A stretch of DNA of 60,576 nt, counting the filler, from Sluysia triapertura (taxonomy: Eukaryota): the NCBI GenBank assembly GCA_046118255.1. It is 4 parts of 4 records of this genome, joined end to end, with 100 filler letters (N's around TTAATTAATTAA, not from the genome) between each part and the next. Parts side by side here need not be neighbours in the genome. Positions count along the whole stretch, not along the records: positions 31,848 to 49,480 come from JBJNIA010186391.1; positions 49,581 to 60,576 come from JBJNIA010190374.1; 2 more parts are not named here. One strand, 5' to 3'. Below the pieces are notes generated by a model. It was not told the DNA's origin. It made no database searches and saw only the letters and a program-made list of their open reading frames with translations. The number at the start of each line of letters is the position of its first letter. The stretch's first letter is position 1. Made by a program: the position numbers and the translations under genes. Of the stretch, positions 39,317-53,589 are shown piece by piece.

Positions 39317-40960
39317 ATTATTATTATTAACTATTATTATTGTACCATTTACTATTGAATTAATTATTGTTATTATTGCTTATTGTTGTACCGTTAATTA
39401 CGGAATTAATCATTATTACTTATTATTATACTATTAACTATTGAATTGATTGTCATTATTAATAATAATTATTAGACTGTTACTTATTAATGTACTGTTA
39501 TTATTGAAAATTTTTTACATATGAAAATTTAACACCATATATATTATTATATGGTATTTATTATTATTCAGTATTTACTGTCTAGAAGTGAATGTTAATT
39601 TTATCTATCGTCTGGAAATAAATCGCTAATTTGGAAATTTATTATCCAGAAACAAACGTTGAATTTAACCTATTGTCTGGAACTAAATCATTACTTTGGA
39701 ATTTAACTGTCTTAAAATAGATCATTAATTTTGAAGTTTATAACTCGTCAAGTTTGAAGATTACCATACTATTTTAAAGGAGACGTCATTCGAATATTAA
39801 TCATTCCAAAGAATAACAACCTTATATTGATCGTGAAGCAAACTATTAAAGTAATTTTACTAAGCTTTTTTTGTCCACATATATAAATACATATATATAA
39901 TAATTCTAATTTGTAAAATTCTTTTTTATTTTAAAATCAACAAAAGAGACTCATTTTTGACTAATAAATTTGTATAACTACATTTTCTTCACCATTTAAA
40001 TAAATATCATTGTTTTTATTTTGTTTTAATTTTTAACGAGTGCAGACATCCCAAAGAGAAAAGAAAATTATTTTAACATTTAAAGAAATAAAATTAGAGA
40101 GTTATATCGTAGTTAATAACACTTACACCTACTTAATTAAAGCGTTTCCATTCCCTGTCATCGGAACTAGTATTCGAACTCGGATCTCTGGAGAGACTAA
40201 GCGAATAATAATTATACGACAGTACGATATAGAAAGCTATTAGTGAATAACGATAACCTAAGAACTATGTTAAGTTTCAATTAATAAATTATAAATTTAT
40301 CAATTTATAAAAAACGTAAATCTAACATAATCGATATCAATTAGGATTTTTCTAATATTACGGAGAAGTTCTATCGTGCCCAACAAATTATTCATCGGGT
40401 CTTAAATTTAGTATCTAAGTCTTACCGAAATGTACTTCAACATATTTTTGTTAGTTAATAATAATAATAATTCTAAATAATTTTACAATCTTACGAATTT
40501 TTCAGTTAATATATTAACGGTAGATGTTAATTCGACAATTACAATCACTTTCTTTTTCAGAATTATCTGCGTAATAACAAAAGATATCAAATTTACACAT
40601 CTTTGATTTCAAAAGTACTAGTCATTCTTCCTCAGACATTGATCTATAAACATTCAAAATGTATTCTATACGACCATTTATCAAATTTAAGGTTGAACTA
40701 ATGGATTTTCTATTAAGTCATTTTTAAGGAGCTTGTTGAAATTCCTTTTTATTGAATATCATGATTTTGGAAAGTTTGCTTTAGATTGTACGATGAAGAT
40801 ATTAAGAAAATCGAAAGATATTGAAAATCAATAAATATTCAACTACGAAATACATTCTGGTCGCCTCTGATGAATCTATATTTATTGATATTTTGAGTGC
40901 AGTGTTAATTATTGCTACAATTATTAACTTTACATGGACCACTATTACCAATGCGATATA

Positions 40961-41145
40961 TGAGATGGCCGAGATAATATTGAATCCTTAAGGGATTTAA
41001 AATTTAAATTATCATTATTCAAATTCAAAATGGACGTAAGGTCCTTAAGAATAATTAATCTACAAGTTAAAAAGTTAGCAAAATTATTGTTAATATATTT
41101 TATTAAAATTTAAAAATTAAGATTTAATACAAAAATAAGAAAAAT
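40961..41145 (+). repeat. ~185-bp direct repeat, copy 1
   Basis: tgagatgg...aaattatcattattcaaattcaaaatggac...acaagttaaaaagttagcaaaa shared with 45433-45618. Confidence 0.9.
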
Positions 41146-41170
41146 GGTCTGTCAAAAGAAGGGTTTTCTT

Positions 41171-41404
41171 TTACAGCGCCATGTTTACAGCTAACGAGTC
41201 AGCGGCATCGACATCGGAACTGCCGGGTATCTTATGAGTAATTGCAATCACAGCTCCATCAAAAATGCTGTAGTCAGAGAATGTAAGATTTTCCCTTAAG
41301 GGTTTGTTCTGATAGGAAAACCAGACATCCTTATGATTTCTCGCGCCGAATAAGGATTTTTTTGGCCCTTTGACAAACTTTTTGTTTAATTTAAGGGAGA
41401 ACAC
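41171..41404 (-). pseudogene. Ubiquitin-like domain at the 3' end of a long decayed minus-strand ORF (~41171-42900)
   Basis: DVWFSYQNKPLRENLTFSDYSIFDGAVIAITHKIPG aligns to ubiquitin [35 protein letters not shown]. It is in frame with ORF 41417-41752 across one TGA. Confidence 0.65.
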
Positions 41405-43379
41405 GACGCATTTTATTCAGATGTGTGTGGTGTCGTTGCAGTTAATTTCCTGAACATCTTTATTGGTTATGGTATCGGTATGAGTTTGATGTAGGTGTAG
41501 TGTTGATTTAACTGAAGTTGTTGGTCTGGTACGAAGATTAGTTCTAATTTCTGTATTGTGGATTTGTGAGTGGATGTTCTTACGAGTATCAATACAGACC
41601 GTGTTCGGTAGGGCTGAGTAACCGGGTACCTTTAATGTCGTACCATCTCGGTTTGGTCCTGGGTTTGTCGTTATTAGAAATAAAAATCTCATTCGCAGGT
41701 TTATTAACAAGAATCGTTTTGCAAACCTGGGCATAAAACTTGTTGTCCACACACATTGAGGAACGGCCTTATTTAATAATGATTTTGGTGGAGGGGACCT
41801 TTTGTTTCCATGAGGGAACGTTCCTCTAATAATTCATTATTTCTTTTAAGTAATAGTTTGGAAAGGAAGGGATGGTCTGGTGTAAAATCCATACCCTATA
41901 ATTTTATTACTTTTATTGTTAATTTTTTGGAATTTAGGAAAGTTTTATTTTGTATATGATTTTTGTGAGTATTTTAAGTGTTACAGATATATGTGATGTT
42001 TGTAGTGATTCGTGATTGTCGTGTTGTGCGTGTGTAGTTTATGTTAGATCTTGATTTGTTGTGACGTTGTTAGTTTGTGCATTGTGTATAGTTATGAGTT
42101 TTTGGTTTAACGAGGTAAATTTGTTGGATAAGTGCACAGGTGATGTTTGGTGATGGATGAGATTAAGTGATGGCAAGTTTTGAGGTAATTGTTATAATTC
42201 TTTATTTGTTTCATGTAATGTAATGCGTTTATTTTTCACAAGAGGTGAAGTTGATTTATTTTCCTGTGAAAGAGGATTTTTTGAATGTGTGGTTATAGAA
42301 TATTTTGCGGTATCCAAGCGGAGACGATTTAACTTTTTGTTACACTTGGTTATTAAGGTTAGCAACTTACTTTTATTGATTATATTCGTGACATGATTTA
42401 TTTTGTATTAGTCCTCTCGTTTGGTGTTTTGTTACGTGGAATGATGTGTATGAGATTGGGGTCTGGTGCCCAACAAACGTGTTTAGATTGAGATGTGACT
42501 AATTTAGAATGCTGAAAAGTCTTGCATCTGGTGTTAGACACATGCATTTTTATGATTTATGTGCTTAAGTATTGGTTTAAGGTTTGGGGTATTATGGATA
42601 CTTTGTGTGACCGATGTATTTGCTCGTAAGAGATTTATCGAGTTAACAACTGGAACGGTGTTTGTATGCTTATTGCTGATCTTTACATTCTTAGGAGAGT
42701 AGGAAGAACGTAATTTCTGTTCGTGACATTGAAACCGTAACCTATAATTTTATTGTCGCGGTTGTGGTTCCGTTTGATGTTTATGTTTTGTGTGTAATTT
42801 GTGTGGGATACTTTTTGTTAGAACCATGATGGAGATGAAAGTTACCACAAGATAGTTTGATGATGTATTGTTTATCTTGTGAGAGTGTTCTGATATGTAG
42901 GGAAATCATATAAAATTCATCACACTTCATCACATAAAAACATCTCTTACATACATAGAACATTAAACAAATTACGTGACTCATTCAAAAAACAAACATA
43001 ATCATTGTGTGTAATTGTCATGAACTATAGTTATTATTATAAAACCAATTGTATTAAAATATGTAATAATTATTGTCATAAAATAACTTTTATAATAACA
43101 TAAACAATACCATTATTTTAAAATATATAGTAATTCCATTATCGTTATCATTATTATTTCTTTTATCTTTACTTTCAACCTTTCTTATTCTTTTGTTCTT
43201 CCGTCATCATCAGAAATTTCGCAGGATTCATTATTCTATGAAATACCGTCAGCAAAACCGCATTTATCGTTTTCGAGAGTTTCATCCATTTGTACACCAA
43301 TTCATAACAAGAAACCGTCATTATCGAATAGCTCGGTTTTTCAACAGAATTATATTTCATTCATTATTCATGTATATTG

Positions 43380-44142
43380 ATTTGGTGAACGATTGTCACA
43401 TTCGGTACTTTGGGAAATTGTCGCTCAATAGTATTTCTTGTTTCACCACGTCTCAATAACTCAAGTACCACATTTTATTTAATAGTACTTCCATTTACCG
43501 ACATACTTTATTTAATTGTCAGTGTCGGTACTCAAGTTTATGATATGGTAAATTGTATACTGGGACAAAAATTCATATTACTTTACACTTTAGCTTATAT
43601 CTGTGTATGGTTATTAGTTTCAGTAGCTATCGATCGAATGATATGAGTTATACTTCCATTTAAATTGTATTAAAAGATCTTGCAGAGTTTCACTGTCTAT
43701 TACATCAGAATCAAATTTTAATTCAATTTTTCTTTATATTGATTTAATTCTTATTGCGGTATCCAAGCGGAGACGATTTAACTTTTTGTTACACTTGGTT
43801 ATTAAGGTTAGCAACTTACTTTTATTGATTATATTCGTGACATGATTTATTTTGTATTAGTCCTCTCGTTTGGTGTTTTGTTACGTGGAATATTTTATAA
43901 CAGCCAAATTACATGCAGTGGAAAAAGTACGTCGCAGAATGAAATCAAATAAAACTACTGTTATCGAATCAGATGTTGGAGAATTGAAAACGTTGCTTGT
44001 TTTTATAGAAATCCAAATTATATTGTATTTGAAAATCATTCTTCTAAAGATGATGATGCGATTAAAACATGAAAATGTAGAATTTATTTTTTTTATTGAA
44101 TTATACAGATTTATTTGTTACTTGGTCAATGACTATATGTGA
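43380..44142 (+). pseudogene. Class A (rhodopsin-like) GPCR relic
   Basis: TM1 IVTFGTLGN, SSTTFYLIVLPFTDILYL (TM2), TM3 YICVWLLVSVAIDRMI*VILPFK (DRY-type), and later hydrophobic TM6/7-like segments in ORF 43870-44142. Stops and a 138-bp insertion. Confidence 0.75.
43754..43891 (+). repeat. 138-bp identical copy of 42305-42442
   Basis: ttgcggtatccaagcggagacg...ttttgttacgtggaat, identical by eye in both places. Confidence 0.95.
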
Positions 44143-44713
44143 GCGAACATTTTCTGGCAGCTACAATTGTGATGCGCTTATTAATTATAGTAAACATAAA
44201 TTTTACCATGGCAATTTTGGCCATGTTGATGTTATACATACAGATGTACATTGTGAATTGTATAGATTACGAAGAATTAATAGTGAAATAAAAACTGATA
44301 GTTTTGATATATCAAAAGAATCATTCTTAACTCGCAATCATATGTTTAATTTGAAAACTCTAATAGGTGTTGAAAATCCAGTATTCGAGAAAAAAATTCT
44401 AACAATATAGTTAGTAAACATTTAATAACATTATTTATTAGCGTTATTTATATTGCTTCAATTTTTATGTTAATAATAAAATTCCACCTTGTTTATTTGT
44501 TTATTTTAATGTTTACAAAAGGCCTTAAGCCTACTTTATTAATTCTTTACAAGTTGTATTTAAATTGTTTTTCGTTAATTAGAATTTTTGACGTTTTTAA
44601 TAAAAATTTTAAAACACAAAGTTTAATATTTTTAATAATTATAATTTTAAAAAGAAAAATCCTTCTCCACATGATATAATTGAACATGGACTAAATATAG
44701 TTTTTTTTATAGT

Positions 44714-45151
44714 TCATATGCAATTTTGATTGTTCATACTACGGGGATTTATAGAATGTTTTTGATTGAATGTTGGGCGAATTGCCGAGCTACGTGCTGA
44801 GCATCTAGAAGCTGCGTAGTTTCCGAGAGTTACAGAGTTTTTGGGTATATAAAATGATATAGGTTGATGTGATTCATATTGTGTAGGGATATTCATATTT
44901 GAAGAATAAGGTGTGTAGCATGTGATTGCTGGAGGAATTTGAGTCGGTTCATGCATTTGTGCACTATATTTATATTTAAATGTTTTATTATCGGTGTAAT
45001 TGATATTATGTTTATTTTTTAATTTATTGCCTAGAGAGGTTCGTTTTAAATCAGATTTGATCGTTAATAGAGTAGTAAAAGTAGGCATTGTTTTTGTTAT
45101 TGTAATGGTAACAGTTAGTATTTTTCTAAAGAATTCAAAGTTACTATCCAA
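44714..45151 (-). CDS. Unknown Thr/Pro/Ser-rich ORF, possibly the 5' part of the 41171-42900 element
   Basis: 145-aa ORF with the same strand and C/A-rich coding bias as 41171-42900, just inside direct repeat copy 2. Confidence 0.3.
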   Translation of the reverse strand: MDSNFEFFRKILTVTITITKTMPTFTTLLTIKSDLKRTSLGNKLKNKHNINYTDNKTFKYKYSAQMHEPTQIPPAITCYTPYSSNMNIPTQYESHQPISFYIPKNSVTLGNYAASRCSARSSAIRPTFNQKHSINPRSMNNQNCI

Positions 45152-45432
45152 TTTATTTATTGTGCTTCATTTCGACTTTAGAGAACAGGGAAAACAAAGA
45201 ATATTTATATTTTTGTAAATATTTAGACATTTATTTGATTAAAAAATAATTTTATCGATTAAAAAATTATTTCCGTCGACATCGTCCAACTCGCCACGAA
45301 AAACATCTAGAACGGAACATACACATAAAAATAGCAATAAAAATAATCAATATATACACATCTCAATAGTATCAGGAGTGGGATTTTATGTAAGTATGTG
45401 ACTGTACGTGGCAATAAAAGTACAGTATATAT

Positions 45433-45618
45433 TGAGATGGCTAAGATAATATTAAAATTTTAAAATGTAAATTATCATTATTCAAATTCAAAATGGACTG
45501 AAGGTCATTAGGAATAATTAATGCACAAGTTAAAAAGTTAGCAAAACTATTGTTTATATATTTTACTAAAAGTTTACAACTCAAATGAATTAAAGATTTA
45601 TACAAAAATCAGTAAAAT
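45433..45618 (+). repeat. ~185-bp direct repeat, copy 2
   Basis: Matches 40961-41145. Confidence 0.9.
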
Positions 45619-46639
45619 ACAAATTGATTCATATATTTATAGAATTAGCTACGTATAAAGACTTTTTAAACAAAGTACAGTGTCTGAGATATAAAACGTA
45701 ACCAAAACTGCATATATCAAAAGCCGTCGCTACATGTTATCCACAGCATAATTTGAAACGTAGTTACGTGAATTTTTAACATGAGCATTTGATTCACTTT
45801 CGATATATTCTTTAATTCGTTTAGAACTAATATTAATTTATAAGTAATGATTACAACGAAACAATTTAATTAAAAAATACGATTAGTTTTCAAAACTATA
45901 ATTTATTCATTGTTAAAAATTAATCTTTAATAATTTATATTGTAATTTAAATAAGACCGTTTCAATTCAGCAATACTCACTTTATCTTTACGTTTATCAT
46001 CTTTTTCTTTTGTTAAGAAAATAAACACGCGCGATCACGAGATTTTTCTATTGTTTTAAAACGGTCATCTTTAGAATATTTACTCGAAAAATCATAATAT
46101 GAGTAAATTAATAGAACGAATGAAAATATACTTTAGATTGAGTATATTAATAAATAAAACATATTTTGGAAACCAAATTTCCACTATAGGAGACACTATT
46201 CAATTTATTTAAATATTTGATTTTCGTTTTGCATTTGGAAAGATTATAAATATTATTATTGTTATTACTATTACTATTATTTGACCAATCTTAATTCTGG
46301 TTTTGATTTTAATTGTTATCATTTTTAATTGTCTCATTTAAATTATTGTTAAAGCGGAGACTTAGTGTAGCAATTTGCATTTGAATTTTTTGTAATGACA
46401 TTAAATTGAGTTTTGTTACTAATTTGAAATAACGAATATAACTTCTGTTGGAGTTGAATAATTACCATTACTAACCTAATAGAATTTGAGACAATTTAAA
46501 TTTATTTTGATAAGTATTGAAAATATTAGGATTCAGTTAAGTAAATTAAACTTATACTGACTTAATGTTATCGGTAAATAATGGCAGTAGCGAAAGCGAA
46601 GAATCAAATGCCGGTACTGAAATATTCAGTTTTGAATAT

Positions 46640-46870
46640 TATGTTCAGGATATGAATAAGTCCTGGTATCTTGGTTTAGTTGGCTTTCGTGGGTTGTTGA
46701 ACAGTTACAGAATCACAGATACCGTGAGAGATTAAGTGAATTTGGATTGAATTTAAATTGCGGCAGAACAACAGCCGATGGAGCTTCTGTCATGATCGAA
46801 TTTGTTCATAAACTCTGATTCATTTAACAGTATGCGATGTTTTATGCAAAGGAAATAACTTGAAAAAGAT
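46640..46870 (+). mobile_element. hAT transposase catalytic-core relic
   Basis: SWYLGLVGFRG ... LSEFGLNLNCGRTTADGASVMIEF ... MRCFMQ matches the hAT pattern W.LGL....G...L..FGL.L....TTDGASVM...C.AH. Confidence 0.6.
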
Positions 46871-49480
46871 GATGAAAAATGCACTTTGCAAGAAGATAAT
46901 CAAGAAGTTATTGAAGATTGGCACGATTATGACTCTTACTCTTATATACTGTTTTACATGACCTTGAAGATTAGTTTATATCAGTATTAAAAATTTATAT
47001 AAAAATGTGTACAAACATAAATTACTAATTGCAAATTTATAGTATCATTTTGTGTTACACAAAACCGACATATAATTTGCGCACTATATTTTTATTACAT
47101 GCATTTAAGTAATATTTAATAGATGTGATATTGACGTAATTGTAATACATATGAGATTATATTATTGATTTATTTATAATAATGTAATATAATATTTATT
47201 CAATTTTAATTTAATGTAAATTTCATTTAAAATGAAAATTATTTTTTAAAGTAAAATAAAAATCATTTTTATTAAAATTATGTTTTTCATCAACTTAAAA
47301 TGAGATTCAGTAGAGTTAATATAAATTCAAAATTTAACACTTAATTTTAGATTAAAATAAAATAAATAATCATTTTAAAATGAGATTCTATAATGATAAT
47401 ATAACATTAAATTTTAAGAACACAAAGATCATTGTAATATGAGAGTCAAAATTATACTAAACTGAGATTGAGTAAAACTATTATGCAATTAAAAATTAAC
47501 AACATTATTCTCGATCAAAATTAACTTAAATCAAAGATTGAGAGAATAATGTTATATCAAATTTAAAAGCATTTTAATCGAGAAAAAGCATATAAAAATA
47601 AGATAAATTATGTGCAATCAAAATTTAATAAAATAAACTGGAATCAATATTTATCATTATATATTATTATCATTGGACAAATTCAGGAAATTATTATTGT
47701 TGTTATTATTACTAGACTTACTACGATGTTTATTAAATTATGTACTGCTGCGGTGATTATTATGAAAATTATTACGATATATTTATTATAATTATTATGA
47801 AAATTATTATGATATGAATTGAATCACTTACTATGATGAAATTATTATGATACAAACAATCACTTATTATGATGAAATTATTATGGTACAAATTGAATAA
47901 CAATCGCTCACTATCGGAGAAAATTAAATAATTTAAAACTATAGTAAAATGTATATAAATAGGACATACAAATATTTCAACCGCCCCACTATAGATACAA
48001 TATACCACACGTAGAGAAAGTCGATTATTACGAAGAACAGTGTTACTTATTCCACGAATACCACAAAATTAAAGAAGACTTGAGAAGTTGAAAAGCAAAT
48101 CGGAAAATCTTGTGTAGAATTAATTGTTAATTACAAATCCAAAATTGGACTATAGTAAGTGATATTTATTGAATTTCCAGTTTAAAATTATAATATTTAA
48201 AATTGTTATCAAAATATATTTCGATATTTATTCATACACATTATTATTATTATTAGTTTTAGTGTTACTGTTTTTGTAAAAAGCGTTTAATTAATAAATT
48301 TTCGTATACGAATTTTTTCTGCTTTGAGAGTAGTTCCACAAAGAAATAAATTAATATAAAATCATAATAAAAGAATAACAGTTGTGACTAAAGTTAAAGT
48401 TAATAATATTTATATAGTAAATTGAACTTCATTTTAGAATAAACTTAAAACATATTTTTGCGTTTCCATTCCAGACCATCGGAACGAGTATCCGAACTCA
48501 TACTTCCAGATAGAATAAAGAAATATTAATAGAATAGTAAAACGATAAAGATTTTAGGTTGTTGCTGACTAATTTGTATAAGTGAAGATATTTAAAGTGT
48601 TAACGTTTCAGAATTTGTATTGGAAGTCTAATTATCTAATTTATCACAAGTGTATATTAATTTATTGGCGTATAAAAGTATCCAGAGAGTTATTTGAAGT
48701 TTACAGATAATAATAATTAAATATAAATAATTTTCATCAAGTTTGAAGAGTTTCTCATTAAATCCAACAGTATCAAGGATATAACAAACTATCTAAAGAA
48801 ACCAGAGGTGACTCAACATTAAGAAAAATGTTAATTGTTATTCACGATTATCCCTTAGTAATAATAAAATATAAATTTTTCAAAACAATACAAAAAACAA
48901 AAACTATTTTAATAAAATTCCCAAAAATAATATTTTAAATTATAAAATAAATTCAAAAATTACCCAAGGCATGGATCTTCCCATTTGCATTATTAATTGT
49001 TGTTACTGTTGTGTTGTTTTGAGGAAAATTTTTTGGTATTCCTTTTTATATTTTCTCATTTTCCATTCATTCCAAAATTTTTGATTAAACATTCACTCAC
49101 ACAAATTACTGCAATATTCTTTGAGAATTAATCCGAAAATAATAACTTTGACAGCTACATGGTACAGATGTCAAACTTTATTAGATTCAAAATACAAAAA
49201 TTGATATACGATTATCCATTATTATGATGATGATGATTATTATTATTATTAGATTAATTAACAAATTAATTTAAATTTGACTTTGCTCAATATTAGGCTA
49301 CTCTTGAATGAACTCAGTCAAACCATACTGCTGGTGTTTTTCTTACACTTAAGCAAATTACCTGAAGAGTCGGTTCGCCTAATATATACGCTTTACACCA
49401 AAGTTGGAGACGTATTATTAGGATTTACTATTATTTTTTATATTAGTACTTACTTAACACCTTAACTTACAGATACTAAA

Positions 49481-49580
49481 NNNNNNNNNNNNNNNNNNNN
49501 NNNNNNNNNNNNNNNNNNNNNNNNTTAATTAATTAANNNNNNNNNNNNNNNNNNNNNNNNNNNNNNNNNNNNNNNNNNNN
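49481..49580. other. Artificial contig spacer
   Basis: 44 N + TTAATTAATTAA + 44 N. Confidence 0.95.
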
Positions 49581-49673
49581 AATAAAATATTTATATTTTA
49601 TTTAGAAAAAATAGTTTTTATACATATTAAATAATATTTTAATAAAATTATAACTAAAAATAATCATGATAAC

Positions 49674-49735
<62 letters not shown>

Positions 49736-50849
49736 TTGGGAGTTTGAGTATTAGACTGCATATTTTAATTGATATAAGCCTAATCCTGCAATTATTGATT
49801 CTTAATCTTGAAGCTTTGTTGCTGTTTATATTTGTGTGCTAAAAATTTTAATATTAAATTTAAAACCAAGTAACTAACTATATTTTAATATGGAAATTAA
49901 CCCAATATAAATAAAAGAACAAAAGCAAAAAAATAGCGAATTAATCTAACAATGTTCTGGTACTTTTTCTTTGTAATTGCTTTTCTGAAATCTATTGTTT
50001 GACTTTTGATATTATCATTTAATTCATCGTGAACGATGTTTGATTTAACAAAATATAATACAACTAAATTACAATGAGATTCTGTTGCTGCCAATCGTCT
50101 TGGAAGACTAATAAAACTTTGAAATATTTCCTTCCTTGTTTGATCTGTTTTAGTAACACATTCAGCTATTTATATAATACTTTTTTCAATAATAATTTTA
50201 TAAGTGCTCAAATAAATATTTATTTATTTTGCGGTACTCATCCAGTTACAGCGTCAATAAAAATAAGTTCAATTCAATTTATGTTTCCGACATTGAAATT
50301 CAATATCATATTTTGCTCGATAAAATAAGATCACAATTTTTACACATATCTGTTAATTCAGCGGTGACATTCTCAGGTAATAATACAATTTTAGGTTCAG
50401 AATGTAATAATCTCTTTTAATAAAATCTAAAAACTATAATTATATTTAAATTATTAATTATTAAAATATTTTAACAATATTAAAATAATATAAAATACAT
50501 ATGTATTTTTAAAAACTTGAACATTAAATTATAATTATTATTTTTGTTATTAAAATTAGCAAAAAGTGTAATATTATAAAAATTTGTACTTATTTAATTT
50601 TAATTTACATACCTTTATTATTTTAAACAAAGTTATTAAATTTGAAAAAAATTTTGTAAGTGTTTAAAAATACTTAAATACCATTAAATACGATGCACCA
50701 ATAAATTAGTATTGATTTCTATTTATATGTATAAATATTATTAAATATTATAAGAAAATTAAAAAGCATTTTAATTTTATTCGTCGTAAATTAGTACCAA
50801 ATTTGTTTATTGTTTTAAAATGTAATTAATTAATTTTGTAATTAATTTA

Positions 50850-51161
50850 TGACCAATTTTAATTTCTCATAATAATTTTATTTTTACAATATACAAACAT
50901 ATTTTATTCTATCTTATTCTATCTTATAGGATTAATGAGAGTAACATCCATTAACATTTTGATTCCTCGCTTAAAGCTATGATGAAATAAAAGAAGGATA
51001 ATTTTCAGCAACTTTACTGATTTATAAATTATGTTTATTTTTGTTTTCAGTTTTATTTCAAAACTTTTAAGATAATTATAAAATATTATTATTGATAATT
51101 TATAATAATAAACCAGAATTTATATTTATAAATTTATGTTTGATGTTTTTGTGAAATGTAA

Positions 51162-51221
<60 letters not shown>

Positions 51222-53518
51222 ATTATTAATATTATTATTATTATTAAGATAACTTTCCCTGCAATCATTTCCTAGAGGTTAGATTCTTAACATTTTAAAA
51301 AATATTTAAATAGGAAACGTAGTGGTGAAAAAAATTCAAATATATTTCTTAGAGAGAAAATGCATTATAAAGCAAAATATAATTTTACAAACAGATTTAA
51401 TCTTACAATCCAAAAAATTTGAAGTAATTTTTGGCAATATGTCAACAGAGAAAAATATGTCAGAATTACCAAATGTAATGAGTATATTTTGTCTGAGTCG
51501 GTATTTTATTACTTAAAGTTAACAAAGACTATTCAACGTTTTTTCTAACTGATTTCCGTACTGAAAACTCATGATTATTACTTTTGCCAAGATATAAAAC
51601 TAACCATGATTCCTTGGTTAGAATCATACAAACACAGTCTTCCCATTAATGTTAAGGTAATAAAATAATTTGAATTAATTAATATTGTTAATATTTATTC
51701 ATGTTGTTTTAATTCCATTGGACGTGAATCTTTCGATCAATTAAATAATTATGTTTTTTACATAGGTAGATATAGACATATTGGCAAAAACAAATATAAA
51801 AAGTTTATATAATTCTTTGATGATAAAATTTTCTGTCTCAAAAATCGCGAAAATGAAATTCAAAATCAAATTATCAGCCATACTTTGTAATTTTAAGACA
51901 TTTTCATATTTATGAACAACTAATACATTAAAATTGACAAAAAAATTAAATTACATTTTAAGTTATTAAAAATCTATATTGAAAAGTTTTGAAAATTCGA
52001 ATTTTTAAATTAATGCCCACATGGGGTGAACTCGTTTTGTCTGAAAATTAATTTTTTTATGAGCATTTATCACGAAACCTTAATAATTGATATAAAAATA
52101 CTGAAAATAGTTTTGAACATATGTTTTGCTTATCAACTCAGTATGTATTTCGTATCTCTCCTCCAAACTTAGACTCTACCTATGACAACAAGTCGATCGC
52201 GACACATTTTATGATAAAAAGCAGATCATATACACACAAAAGTTAGCCACACTTTTATATAACACTGGAAAATTAAATACATAGAAATTTAAATACATAT
52301 AAATATAAAGAAGTTATTTTAAATGGATTTGCTCCTTATGAAAAGTTAAACTGCTTTTATTTAGTGTATTTGAAAAGACTAGTACTAAAGTTCGTTTTAC
52401 TTTTTTGTATAAATCTTAAATACGTTTAATTTTAATTAATTATGAATTTAACAAATTCAATTTAGCTTATATATTTAATGAAATAAATATATGGTATAAA
52501 AAGCTGTAATATTTTGTTGAAATATTAAATAATTCATGAAATCGTTTTTTGTGTAGTTTTGATTTTTAATATTTAATATTTAAAATAATTAAAATTTAAA
52601 AATTATTAATATTTTAAAAATTAATTATGATATATAATTAAAATTATTGCTATTTATTTTAAGTATAAACTACTTATATTATTTTTTTGATAATTCATTG
52701 ATTATTTAATTTGTCACGCAAAATGTTTTACGCATTGAGTATTAAATAAAGTGTAATGAAATGTCTAAATAAATTATAATCGAATATAACAATAAAGTTG
52801 TAAATATTGTTAAATTGGTACATTTAAAGAACTTAAAACTTTTAGTTTAGATCATAGGTTCGTTTTAGAGAGTACGTAAAACAAATTTAATATTATTTGA
52901 GAGGAATCACAGTAACAGTATTCTTTATATTTTATAAATTATTTCAATCCCGCTATAACGGATAAACACTAAATGTATAAATAATACAGAAATAATTGAT
53001 AGATCGATGTATAAAATAGCAATTTCTGGGTTAAATAATTACATCTAATATATAATTAAATTATATAGTACCACAAATTACTAAATAAAATCAGATGTTA
53101 TACCACTAATAATAATTAATATATAATTATTTGCTTTTTGATAGTTGATTGATGGATAAAACGATTGATGAAAATGAATTTATAATTGATGCAGTATAAT
53201 AAATTAAAAATAAAATTATATGAACAAAAAATCTCTGTAATATCAAGAAACAAAAATCAAATACCACAATTAATACTGATAATTTTACAAAATCATCATT
53301 ATTTTTGAATGGTTCGTTAACTAATTTAATTTTACCAATTAATGAAAATACAATTTTACATAAGATTTATTTAATACAAAAATATATACTATTTAATATT
53401 ATGATTTATGCTACTGCTACTAATGATAATAATTATTATTATAATTATTATAATAATGGGAATAATAATACATAATATAATAATAGTAGTAATAATGAAA
53501 TATAATGTAATATAATAT

Positions 53519-53589
<71 letters not shown>

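Noticed and set aside
42450-42560. PHD-finger-like fragment on the minus strand (RCKTFQH...HVCW)
   Set aside because: Too few Cys/His ligands remain.
49897-50420. Possible hAT transposase scraps on the minus strand (LTL*LDEY)
   Set aside because: Single weak motif with multiple stops.
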